IMG/VR virus record: IMGVR_UViG_3300020161_000851
Location: 1 to 51,354 of that record
Strand: one strand, 5' to 3'
From: a virus
Taxonomy: Duplodnaviria; Caudoviricetes
DNA length: 51,354 bases
The translations under genes and the position numbers were made by a program. This document shows, piece after piece, positions 16,845 through 25,720 of this stretch. The notes under the pieces were generated by a model, which did not search any database, had not been told where the DNA came from, and saw only the letters and a program-made list of their open reading frames with translations. Position 1 is the first letter of the stretch. Each line of letters starts with the position of its first letter.

Positions 16845-18214
16845 AGTTTTATCCGAGAGACTTCATGCCCCTCGTCCTCATAGTGTCTTATCCTAGCCTT
16901 GGAATGTTCCTTAAGGTAAGGAATATGATCATAGAAATCATACACCATCACTGAGGATTTTCCAGCAGATTTTCTCATTCCTCTGCCTAACCCTTGGATA
17001 GTTGGAATCTTGTCCTTCAATCCTCTAGCGTTGATTAGGTGAGTAATTTCTTCAATGTTGATACCAGTCTGCAATACCTTGGTTCCGATCAAGAACGCAG
17101 CCTTATTAGACTCTAAAAAGTCTTTGATTGCTTCTTTGCGTTCGTGTATCGTATTAATCCCTTCCAAGCTGTAACAATTTGGTATCTTGTCTCGTAGTGT
17201 CTGGAGATGCTCTAAGTTTTTTACGATGATACAAACTTTGGCAGAAGGATTAGATTCAGCGATTCTAGCCGCAAGACTAAATATCATTCCATTACGCTTC
17301 TCTGAGGTTATGATAAACTTCTCGTAGATCGTGGCATAATCGCTGTCTAGGTCTAGCTCTTCAATCTCATCCTCGTATTCTATCATCTGAATGATTGGCT
17401 TGGCTAGCTTGTCCTCTTCGATTAATTCTTGGGTAGACTTGGTTTCTATAACGTCGCCAAAAGCCCCTACAAGCGTCAATTCTCCGATACGGTCATCAGG
17501 CATGGTTGCAGTGAATCCGAAGCGGTAGCGGGCATTGGGGAAGCTCTGAATGGCTGCAACGGTCATCTCCCCACGGCAGAACTTGTGAACCTCGTCTACC
17601 ATCAAAACTTCTGATTGGTTAAGGTGGCTGTCTAAGATCTTATCAATACTCTGGACGGTTGAGAGCATGATCCGTCCATCCTTAAAATCCCCACCAAGGT
17701 TAATTCCAACGTCCTTGAACCCGCACTTGCGCGTGAGGTATTCATAAGTTTGAACTAAGATTCCCCGCTCGTCGAATAGAATTGTAATCTTAGATTCGGG
17801 GAAGGCAGTAAGAGTGGCTGCCATAATTAAAGTTTTACCTGATCCGGTTGGAGAGTTAATTATAGCTCGTTCATTCTTCAGGGCATTGGCAATAGCTTCT
17901 TCCTGGTAATCACGTAAGGTAAAATCTTTTATCTTACGCTTGAATAACCTCTTTGGAGCTTCCCCATGCTCCCGTATTACCTCTGGTTGGCATCCAATCT
18001 GATTGAGGTCTTTGAGGATATTGTTAAGCATCCCAGACTTAAACTTCCCGGTATTAGACACGAACTTCTTTTTCCCGTCCCAATGACCTCGCTTGTATGT
18101 GGGCGTATACTGATAGCCATTTACATGAAATGCCCACTTATCAGATAAAACTTTTATAATTTCAGGGTTATCTGTTTCGATTATTGAGTCTATAATACCT
18201 GTTCTAATTTTCAT
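16841..18214 (-). CDS. uvsW: SF2 DNA helicase, UvsW-like
   Basis: WDGKKK N-terminal motif, LRDYQ, SPTGSGKT, VDEVH, GFTAT, TGINI, QGLGRGMR. Confidence 0.88.
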   Translation of the reverse strand: MKIRTGIIDSIIETDNPEIIKVLSDKWAFHVNGYQYTPTYKRGHWDGKKKFVSNTGKFKSGMLNNILKDLNQIGCQPEVIREHGEAPKRLFKRKIKDFTLRDYQEEAIANALKNERAIINSPTGSGKTLIMAATLTAFPESKITILFDERGILVQTYEYLTRKCGFKDVGINLGGDFKDGRIMLSTVQSIDKILDSHLNQSEVLMVDEVHKFCRGEMTVAAIQSFPNARYRFGFTATMPDDRIGELTLVGAFGDVIETKSTQELIEEDKLAKPIIQMIEYEDEIEELDLDSDYATIYEKFIITSEKRNGMIFSLAARIAESNPSAKVCIIVKNLEHLQTLRDKIPNCYSLEGINTIHERKEAIKDFLESNKAAFLIGTKVLQTGINIEEITHLINARGLKDKIPTIQGLGRGMRKSAGKSSVMVYDFYDHIPYLKEHSKARIRHYEDEGHEVSRIKL

Positions 18215-18219
18215 CCATA

Positions 18220-18228
18220 CTATAATAG
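18220..18228. promoter_or_regulatory. Divergent promoter candidate (CTATAATAG / CTATTATAG)
   Basis: Near-palindromic TATAAT-containing motif in the 30-bp gap between divergent genes; SD-like AAAGGA follows on the + strand. Confidence 0.4.
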
Positions 18229-18244
18229 TTAGTAAAGGAAAATT

Positions 18245-18988
18245 ATGTCAAATTTAGATAAGTTTGCAGATCAAAGAGACTCTAGGTTAGAGCAATTGTT
18301 TGGGGATCTTCCTCCAGAGACGGACGTAATTGTAAAATTACCATCAGAAGGTAGATTTTATTCCCCTAAAAATTCCGAGGTTACTATTACCTCAATTAAA
18401 TTTGAGGATGAGAAACAACTCGCGTCTAGCTCAAAAAATAATATAAATCCAGTAAATTTAATTTTAACTAAGTGCGTAAAAGGCGTAGAAGTAAATTCTT
18501 TACTATTAATTGATAAATTATTCTTATTATTAAAGATAAGAGAAATATCTTATGGGGCGGAATATCCAGCAGAAATTAACTGCCCGCACTGCCAAGCCAA
18601 AAGTGAAATTAAAATTAATTTAAGTGATTTACTAGTAAATTATATTCCTACGGAAGTAAATGATCCAAGAGAAGTTAATTTGCCAAAATTAAATAAGATG
18701 GCAAAGGTCAGATTCCCGAGAGTATCTGACGAGGACTACCTGACCTCCTCGGAGGGAACATACACTAACCTCTGGAGATTTGTCACCGAACTAAATGGTA
18801 TAACTGATCCAGTTTTTATCTCAAAGGCCATCCCAAAGATGCATATTATGGATATTAAGTATATAATTTCCCAGATTATGCGTTCGGATCTAGGATTAAA
18901 TCCAAAGTTTTTGTTTGAGTGTGGCTTCTGCTTTAAGGACAGCAAGGTTGAGGTGCCAATTAACGAAAATTTTTTTTCAGTGACCTGA
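18245..18988 (+). CDS. Baseplate hub/tail assembly chaperone (T4 gp26-like)
   Basis: KLPSEG.FY, DKLFLLLKIREISYG, CPHC, RFPRV.DE, CGFC and a terminal ENFF motif. Confidence 0.8.
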   Translation: MSNLDKFADQRDSRLEQLFGDLPPETDVIVKLPSEGRFYSPKNSEVTITSIKFEDEKQLASSSKNNINPVNLILTKCVKGVEVNSLLLIDKLFLLLKIREISYGAEYPAEINCPHCQAKSEIKINLSDLLVNYIPTEVNDPREVNLPKLNKMAKVRFPRVSDEDYLTSSEGTYTNLWRFVTELNGITDPVFISKAIPKMHIMDIKYIISQIMRSDLGLNPKFLFECGFCFKDSKVEVPINENFFSVT

Positions 18989-19164
18989 TATCTGAATTAA
19001 ATTTAGAATCACTGCTATTAGAAGCCTACATATTGGTAAGTAAATGTAGTTTTACTTATCAAGACGTTAAACAAATGACCAAACTGGAAAGGGTGGTCTT
19101 TTTAAAGTTATACTCCGACGATTTGAAGGCTCAGAAAGATGCAGTTGAACAATATAAACATTAG
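18970..19164 (+). CDS. gp51-like short ORF, probably expressed by -1 frameshift from the gp26-like gene
   Basis: Not in the ORF track. The -1 frame reads FFFSDLISELNLESLLLEAYILVSKCSFTYQDVKQMTKLERVVFLKLYSDDLKAQKDAVEQYKH*. It has no early ATG, a T8 run at 18970-18977 and an in-frame TAA at 18961. Confidence 0.7.
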   Translation, partial: FFFSDLISELNLESLLLEAYILVSKCSFTYQDVKQMTKLERVVFLKLYSDDLKAQKDAVEQYKH

Positions 19165-20083
19165 TGACCGTCACAATAGACCTGTAGTCTTATCTAAGGT
19201 CGGGCTGCAAGCATTCTTTATCTCCGATGGGGAGTTCATGGACCCATATGAGATTAATGCTGTTTCTATTTTCTCTAGAAACTCTAACTTGTATCCTAGT
19301 TCAGTCCTGGACGCTGATACCCAGGTTATCGACACTGCAAATGTAAGTGGTTCGATATTAATGAACTTTGCTAATTCAAATTCATTAACCACGCACTCAT
19401 CTTTCAATACTTCTAACTATTCTACCGGAGCTTCAGGAATATTCAAAACCGGAGTAGGAAAGTATATCGTCGTATTAGATGGGACAGTGAATTCATCAGG
19501 TCTTCTGAACCTGGATGGGATGAATCAAGTAATACCAAATAGAGCTTCCGCAACCGGAGATTATATTGACGTTTGGACTCTTCGTTGGGTCGCAGGGTCT
19601 CTCCCACAAACAGTAATAAACGAGTTCAGCCTTCGAAAGGGAGGCTTTACAGTAATAACTCAGCCTCTGATGCTAAAGCTCAAGAGTAGGCTAGTTAACT
19701 CCAGGGTAACTCTAGACTCTAAGGTTGATCTAAAAATAGCTACAGATGTCCATGTTGAAAATAGAGACATAGATGAATCTACCAAGAATCTATTTAGAGA
19801 GAATGTCATAACGAGTGGTGCTATCGAAATTCAAAAAATAAATGATGCGGCAAACCTTCCTGCGAGAGTTACCGTATCTTCATTTGCTGACACCTCTGCA
19901 ATCGTAACCATGACCGCTGATAATGTCATGGTTCTAAATTGGGATACAACTCAGTTAAGGACACACGCGCAATTAGTCGCAGGTAACTTTGGTTCAATCC
20001 AGGGAGTGTATGCTATTCGTTCTAAATTCACAGTATTTGGTGAGACTATCATATCAGACCCGATGTATCTAACTCTCTCATGA
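19139..20083 (+). CDS. Hypothetical virion structural protein (beta-rich)
   Basis: 314-aa ORF with Ig-like-looking strands (GVGKYIVVL, GDYIDVWT) and Ser-rich motifs like the other virion proteins. Confidence 0.55.
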   Translation: MQLNNINISDRHNRPVVLSKVGLQAFFISDGEFMDPYEINAVSIFSRNSNLYPSSVLDADTQVIDTANVSGSILMNFANSNSLTTHSSFNTSNYSTGASGIFKTGVGKYIVVLDGTVNSSGLLNLDGMNQVIPNRASATGDYIDVWTLRWVAGSLPQTVINEFSLRKGGFTVITQPLMLKLKSRLVNSRVTLDSKVDLKIATDVHVENRDIDESTKNLFRENVITSGAIEIQKINDAANLPARVTVSSFADTSAIVTMTADNVMVLNWDTTQLRTHAQLVAGNFGSIQGVYAIRSKFTVFGETIISDPMYLTLS

Positions 20084-21023
20084 TATCCCATTCGTTGAGG
20101 TTGAAGGCTTGATAGTTCTTACAAGCATGATGGACAGCATCAACATCTTGGCAGTAAGCCTCGTTCCAATCTTTGAATTTCTTGGGTGGAACAGCGTAAT
20201 GAATTCTTGGCATACGATACTTACGTCGGCTCATTTCAAAAGAGCGTAGACCAGCCAATCCAGCCTCATCGCTATCGTATGCGACTACGATGGGACCACG
20301 ATAGAATCTAAGCTGGTTCATTTGCTCCTTCGATACGTGACAGGATATGGTGGTGGTAGCGTTGTATCCTAGAGCCTTGAGGGACATGGCATCAAATACA
20401 CCTTCACAGATGTATAATGGTTGCTCAGAGTCATAATCGAATGGATATAGGATGGCTGACGCTTTTATGCCACGGAAGTTCAAATACTTTGGCTCCTGGT
20501 CAGCGTGCAAGGCCCGTGCTTGAAAGAAGATGGTCCTACCCTCATGCAGGTAGGGGATGACTAATCGGCCTCTGTAGGGGCCTTCTAGGGCGTAATAGAA
20601 TGGACCCTGATTGAGGACGCCCCTTTGAACTAAGGTCATTGCCGCTAAGGAGTTAAGTTCTACGTCAAAACTGAAAGCGTCCACCTTATGGAAGTTTTCG
20701 AACTCATCGTCGATTTGTATCCTTACTGGCTCTTGCTTTGGCTCCGGCTTCTCGTCGGCAAAGAACTCATCAATTAAAAACTTAGAGTAAGCCTGCTTGT
20801 AGGTCAGATTTTCCAACTCTGCATATAGCTGAATAAAATTACCTTTCTTTTGAGACTTAAAGCACTGCCAAAGTCCAATGTCTAAGTTAATAGACATATG
20901 TCTTTTAGGGTCATGGTCGATAAATATTGAAGGGATGACCATCTCTCGGCCACCACTTAAAATTCTGTGTTTACCGTTGAACTTTTCCAGCAGGTAAGCT
21001 CTAATATAAGTTGAGGTAATCAT
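20049..21023 (-). CDS. DnaG-like DNA primase (TOPRIM)
   Basis: RLVIP, FFQARAL, PKYLN, ICEGVFDAMS, AYDSDEAG, KDWNE. The ORF extends to 21080, but Met20 (21023) is the preferred start. Confidence 0.88.
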   Translation of the reverse strand: MITSTYIRAYLLEKFNGKHRILSGGREMVIPSIFIDHDPKRHMSINLDIGLWQCFKSQKKGNFIQLYAELENLTYKQAYSKFLIDEFFADEKPEPKQEPVRIQIDDEFENFHKVDAFSFDVELNSLAAMTLVQRGVLNQGPFYYALEGPYRGRLVIPYLHEGRTIFFQARALHADQEPKYLNFRGIKASAILYPFDYDSEQPLYICEGVFDAMSLKALGYNATTTISCHVSKEQMNQLRFYRGPIVVAYDSDEAGLAGLRSFEMSRRKYRMPRIHYAVPPKKFKDWNEAYCQDVDAVHHACKNYQAFNLNEWDIMRELDTSGLI

Positions 21024-21822
21024 GTTTATCGACCGACTAAGTAATTCAAAATCTGACGTAATAGACCAATGTCTACTCAAGTATGACTATAGATATATCA
21101 GGAAGCTCCCAGGGTTTCCATCAAAAAATGAGGAAGCTTTGGATTTCGGAACATATATTCACCGTATCTTTGAGTTAGGCTACATCGAGAATCATATCTC
21201 GGAACTAGAGAAAATTGCAGAAAACATTAAAAAAGACTACAAAGTTCCATTTGTATACAAGGAGCGCATCCATCAGTGCCTTGATAACTTTTTAAAATTT
21301 AACAAAGGGCTGGGGGAGACTGTCGCTGTGGAACATGAGTTTTCAGTGGATCTTGCCGAAGGAATTAAATACAACGGCTTTATAGACCGGATCGTTCGTG
21401 GACTCAACGGGGGAATGTTAATTATCGACTACAAAACTTCCAAGAGAGAGAAGTCTAGGGTTGAGCTTGGTAGGGATAAGCAGCTTATGGGCTACGCTTA
21501 TGCTGTCAGCCAAGAGTTTAAGATTCCATTAAATGAAATCTACTGCGCTCACTACTACCCTTTAACTGATAGTTTAGTTTCAGTTAAATTCTCCCAAGGT
21601 GCAGTTAACTCTTGGAGAGAAAAAGAAGTAGCCAAGGTCTGGAAGATTCGTAAGAAGAAGAAGAACGAATTCCCAGCTATGCAGAACCAGTTTTGTGACT
21701 GGTGTGAATACAAGCCTATGTGTCCTTTATTTAACGATCAATGCTCAGTTGAGCAAAAGATTGAGGAGCAGAAAGCTCAACTCAAGGCTAAGGAAGATGC
21801 TCTGCCTAAAACTAACGGGTGA
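21022..21822 (+). CDS. PD-(D/E)XK exonuclease, Cas4/AddB-like with predicted Fe-S cysteines
   Basis: N-terminal QCLLKY, FGTYIH, EHEF, GFIDRI, IIDYKT, QLMGY and C-terminal CDWCEYKPMC. Confidence 0.85.
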   Translation: MFIDRLSNSKSDVIDQCLLKYDYRYIRKLPGFPSKNEEALDFGTYIHRIFELGYIENHISELEKIAENIKKDYKVPFVYKERIHQCLDNFLKFNKGLGETVAVEHEFSVDLAEGIKYNGFIDRIVRGLNGGMLIIDYKTSKREKSRVELGRDKQLMGYAYAVSQEFKIPLNEIYCAHYYPLTDSLVSVKFSQGAVNSWREKEVAKVWKIRKKKKNEFPAMQNQFCDWCEYKPMCPLFNDQCSVEQKIEEQKAQLKAKEDALPKTNG

Positions 21823-22076
21823 TAAATATTAATATCTATCGCGTCAAAGAAGTTTTTAACCTGTTCTGGTGAGTAGCCACACTTCTTTGAAAGATGCTTG
21901 TAAAGTGACTCGATCTTAAGTGGCTTTCTATCTTTAAGTGACTTAATTACTTTGCTTTGAAATTCTTTTAAGAACTTTAAACTAAATCTATATTTCCATT
22001 TATCTAGAAATTCATCACTTAAGGTAAAGTTAATTAAATCTAAAAAGTCTACTATATCTTCATCTATATTACTCAT
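21777..22076 (-). CDS. Hypothetical protein
   Basis: 99-aa helical ORF filling the gap, with a possible helix-turn-helix-like C-terminal half. Confidence 0.6.
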   Translation of the reverse strand: MSNIDEDIVDFLDLINFTLSDEFLDKWKYRFSLKFLKEFQSKVIKSLKDRKPLKIESLYKHLSKKCGYSPEQVKNFFDAIDINIYHPLVLGRASSLALS

Positions 22077-22091
22077 AAATAACTACTTATA

Positions 22092-22146
22092 CCTGTTATT
22101 AACAGGAGTTATAATATATATTAAAGGAGAAAAAGTTTAAATCTCC
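22092..22146. promoter_or_regulatory. Divergent intergenic region with three dyads
   Basis: CCTGTTA-T-TAACAGG (22092-22106), TAATATATATTA (22112-22123), GGAGA..TCTCC (22126-22146). Confidence 0.4.
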
Positions 22147-22156
22147 CATAAAATCC

Positions 22157-22627
22157 ATGGTTTTTTCAAAATTATTAAAAAAATTACAATTGCCCTCGAT
22201 TTATTCCGATGCGGCACTTGAATCTTTGGAAGTAGAAAAAATTGAGTTCGTGGCTCAGGCACCAGATTCTTTAAAGCCTGGGGACATAGCTACTTTCTCA
22301 TACAATGGAAATAATTGGAATTCTAGAAGGTTTTTAGTTGTGTCAACTCGTTCAGCACCTGATGGTAAGTTTATGTCCAGCAGAGGGAATTACTTAATTT
22401 GTGGCTATGATTTAAGTAACAGAGAAACTTTACCAGGATTAATAATGGTGTTTAATTCATTCTACAAGAAGAGGAGATCTACTTATAAGAGATTGAAGAA
22501 TACAATGAATTCCATATTCGGTGGTGGTAATTATAAAACTTTTAATACACAGAAAATGTCATCAGTTTTTAATTTAAATACACGTAAACCTGCCGCTTCA
22601 AAGACTGTTAGAGGAGATATTAAATGA
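22157..22627 (+). CDS. Hypothetical basic protein (weak resemblance to T4 gp2 DNA end protector)
   Basis: PGDIATFSY...FLVV...GYDL pattern and a basic C-terminus; the function call is weak. Confidence 0.45.
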   Translation: MVFSKLLKKLQLPSIYSDAALESLEVEKIEFVAQAPDSLKPGDIATFSYNGNNWNSRRFLVVSTRSAPDGKFMSSRGNYLICGYDLSNRETLPGLIMVFNSFYKKRRSTYKRLKNTMNSIFGGGNYKTFNTQKMSSVFNLNTRKPAASKTVRGDIK

Positions 22628-24195
22628 CTAACTTTTCACAACTAGCTACTGAACTTGGTCGGTTGACAAGCCAATTTGAGTCAATGAATACTTTCTTTAA
22701 TAGACAACCGGTCAATAATTATCTTAGGCAACAAGAAAGATTTTCTAAGGAGATAACTAGATTTTTTAAATTGCCTGTAATGAGGCAAGGGATAAATGAA
22801 TTAAAGAAGCTAGGCTCCATAATGAAGGAAATGTCAGCCCTTCAAAGCAAATCATTAGCAACCGAAAAAAGTTTAATATCCACAATATCCGGTGATCAAA
22901 TACAAGCTAGCCTCATGAGCGGTATAGCTATGAACGAGCTAACTGCACAAGTTATAGCTTTAAGAGAGCAAGGAGTTCAAAAGTTGGATAAATCAACTTT
23001 AAATTTACTTGCAAGAATGAAAGCTACAGGGCAAAGCACAGAAGCATTAATAAAATTCTTGGGTGCTAATACTTCGGTCCTAATGTTAAATCAAAAACAA
23101 GCTCAGGACTTAGCTGTTAATCTCGGAAACTATTCCAGAGTATTTCAAACTAGACAAGATGAAATATTAAGACTTGCAAGTAGTATAAGCAAGAACTTTC
23201 AAGTTCAATCTCAGCTTGGTGCTGGTGCTGGTCTTACTGGTGGGTTTGCAGCCTTAGGTGCCACACTGGGAGGAAGAGGAACTGAGTTAGTGACTCAAGC
23301 TGCTCAATTCTTTAGTAACGCTTCTCTAGCTCAATTACAGCTTTTAGGTGTAGCTGAGGGGTTTCAAGAGAGACTTGCCATGGAAACAGATCCTGCAAGA
23401 CAAAAAGCTATTGTTGAACAGTTAGTTAAGACTGCTGCTTCGACAGTAACATCCTTAAAAAGTGGTCTTGGATCTGATGCCACATCAACAAAAATACTTC
23501 AACAATTATTACAATCTTTTGGTGGGAATAATGCATTAATATTTCCACAATTAACGAAAGCGATGGAGGATGCTAAACAACCTATATTCGATTTGAGTCA
23601 ATCACTTACTGGATTCAACTCTATAGCTGACGCATTTGCAATTCCAATGCAATACCTTGGGACGATGCTCAGTCACTTGCTTAATTGGCCTGTAATTGGA
23701 TCTCTTGTTAAGGGGCTCGCAGTATTTGCTGGATCTGTCGTGCCGTTTTTTACAATAATGAAAATTTATCAGGCTGCATCATACCTAAACCAAAATTCAG
23801 CTAGGCTGATGTCATTAGCAGCGGCAAAAATGGGACTAGCCGCTCAGGCAAATTTAGTGGCCTCTAGAGCGATGTCAATAGGTGGAGGTATATTTGGAGT
23901 AATCGGGCTGATTGCAGGGGTGGTCACTGCTATATCCGGCATGACCGCAGACATAGAGGATATCAACAAGAAGACACCAGATCCAAATCAAAGAACTATA
24001 ACGAACTCTGGACTGACAGGGCAAATATTCTCTCAATTAGTAAATATAGTAACTAGCCAAAAAACCAATATTCTTCAACAGGAAATGTTAGCTACTCAAA
24101 AAGAATTAGTAAGACTTGCTCAAAAGCAGGTAGATGTAGCCGCTCCAAATTCAGGGCTTCCAACTCCTATAAAAAGAACCGGAGCACAACCATAA
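22624..24195 (+). CDS. Tape measure protein
   Basis: A/L/Q-rich helical sequence with hydrophobic Gly-rich C-terminal segments, immediately before the tube initiator and baseplate genes. Confidence 0.7.
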   Translation: MTNFSQLATELGRLTSQFESMNTFFNRQPVNNYLRQQERFSKEITRFFKLPVMRQGINELKKLGSIMKEMSALQSKSLATEKSLISTISGDQIQASLMSGIAMNELTAQVIALREQGVQKLDKSTLNLLARMKATGQSTEALIKFLGANTSVLMLNQKQAQDLAVNLGNYSRVFQTRQDEILRLASSISKNFQVQSQLGAGAGLTGGFAALGATLGGRGTELVTQAAQFFSNASLAQLQLLGVAEGFQERLAMETDPARQKAIVEQLVKTAASTVTSLKSGLGSDATSTKILQQLLQSFGGNNALIFPQLTKAMEDAKQPIFDLSQSLTGFNSIADAFAIPMQYLGTMLSHLLNWPVIGSLVKGLAVFAGSVVPFFTIMKIYQAASYLNQNSARLMSLAAAKMGLAAQANLVASRAMSIGGGIFGVIGLIAGVVTAISGMTADIEDINKKTPDPNQRTITNSGLTGQIFSQLVNIVTSQKTNILQQEMLATQKELVRLAQKQVDVAAPNSGLPTPIKRTGAQP

Positions 24196-24202
24196 TTAAA
24201 TC

Positions 24203-25420
24203 ATGGGAACACAATACCGTAATATCGTAAGATCTAGAAAATTAGCTGAGAGATCTTATCTCTATTTTAAATATCCCTCAAAGAAAGGTGAATCAATAGA
24301 ATTCTATCTTCCTTTCATGGAGAATATTGAAGTTTCAGAATCTCAAAGACCTAACTATGCTACTTATGATTTGATTGGAAGATCAAGTAGCATGTTTGCA
24401 TATCTTGGGTCTAAATCTAGAGAGATGAATTTAAAGTTTAATATTACCTTACCTAATATTGTTGACTACATTCAAAATGTTGGATTAAGTGAAATGTTTG
24501 CTGATAACTTTAGAAATATCGTAATGGATAGATCTAATTCTTCAAAAGAAAGAGAAATGTTTTTTAAAACCCCTGAAAATGGGGGCATGAACGCATATTC
24601 AAACACTTCTATTCAATCAAAATTTGATTATTATGGAGAAGGTAAAAAAGATATTTATCAATTAGACCCAACGTATGTAGACGGATCTGATCCTAGGAGT
24701 GGGGTTAGAAATGGATTTGATGCAGTAGCTAAATTTTTTGATTGGTCTAATAAAGGTGGATTTTTTGGGTTACTTCCCGCGCCAGAACAAAAAAAAGGAT
24801 TCCCTGACATTGACATGGGGAAAGCAGTTAATTATTTAATGATGTGGATAAATGTTATACGCACATCAGTTATAAATAATTCAACTAAGACTCAGTATGG
24901 CCCTCCAACTGTTTATCTAAACCATGGAACAATGTATAATAATATACCATGTGTATGCACAGGATTTTCTGTAAGATTATCATCAAACGCTGGATATGAG
25001 TTACTTTCATTAGCACCTCGTCAAGTTGAAGTTACTATGAATTTGTCCGAAAACAGAGTTGGTAACTTTGGAGATTTTATTCCATTTACAGAAATAGAAG
25101 GGGATAACCTAGTTGGCTGGGAAGCTGTAATGACCGGGGATGGAACTATGGATCCAAACAATCAGTTCTTGAGGTTATACAGGCATGATACTGAAAAGTT
25201 GCAGAAGGCTGAAGCTGAAGCTGAACGTAAAGCTAGAATTGATGCAGCACTTCAAACTGCATTAGCTGGGGCATCCCTCCCACCACCTCCGCTCCCTGGA
25301 ACTCCCTTCGCTGGTCCGCCTCCACCACAAATATATGGTCCTCCGGCACCAACGAAAGCTTCAGGACCAGAGCCTACTTTAGTTGGCCCACCATCACCAT
25401 TCCTAGGGCCTGGATTTTAA
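24203..25420 (+). CDS. Tail tube initiator / baseplate-tube cap (gp48/gp54-like) with Pro-rich tail
   Basis: ESQRPNY..YDLIGRS...Y.GS.SRE.NLKF, GPPTVYL.HG.MY..IPCVCT and PRQVEVTMNL are typical of tube-fold initiators. Confidence 0.7.
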   Translation: MGTQYRNIVRSRKLAERSYLYFKYPSKKGESIEFYLPFMENIEVSESQRPNYATYDLIGRSSSMFAYLGSKSREMNLKFNITLPNIVDYIQNVGLSEMFADNFRNIVMDRSNSSKEREMFFKTPENGGMNAYSNTSIQSKFDYYGEGKKDIYQLDPTYVDGSDPRSGVRNGFDAVAKFFDWSNKGGFFGLLPAPEQKKGFPDIDMGKAVNYLMMWINVIRTSVINNSTKTQYGPPTVYLNHGTMYNNIPCVCTGFSVRLSSNAGYELLSLAPRQVEVTMNLSENRVGNFGDFIPFTEIEGDNLVGWEAVMTGDGTMDPNNQFLRLYRHDTEKLQKAEAEAERKARIDAALQTALAGASLPPPPLPGTPFAGPPPPQIYGPPAPTKASGPEPTLVGPPSPFLGPGF

Positions 25421-25431
25421 TTAAATAACAT

Positions 25432-25719
25432 ATGAACTACATTAATCACTATAGAATAGCATTTAACCAAGCCGAGCACAGGGGTAAACCAATTCCTACT
25501 TCTTTGCATACAGGATTAGATGACTACTTGAAAGGGTTAGAGTCCTCTCAGGTGGATGTTGGGTATATTCCAGCAGGTTATGAACATAGACCAGATCTAA
25601 TCTCTAATTTGTTCTATGATACAGTAACAAATGATTGGTTGATTTTAATGTTTAATAATATTAAAGATCCATTTCAAGAGTTAAATGTAGGAGACAGAAT
25701 TCTCTTACCTAAGATTTAG
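25432..25719 (+). CDS. Baseplate wedge protein, gp53/LysM-like
   Basis: RPDLISNLFY..WLIL.FNNIKDPF.EL.VGD.I.LP. Confidence 0.85.
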   Translation: MNYINHYRIAFNQAEHRGKPIPTSLHTGLDDYLKGLESSQVDVGYIPAGYEHRPDLISNLFYDTVTNDWLILMFNNIKDPFQELNVGDRILLPKI

Positions 25720-25720
25720 T

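Noticed and set aside
21022-21822. Cas4-like gene as evidence of a CRISPR-Cas system
   Set aside because: No repeat-spacer array or other cas genes seen; solo Cas4-like nucleases are common in phages
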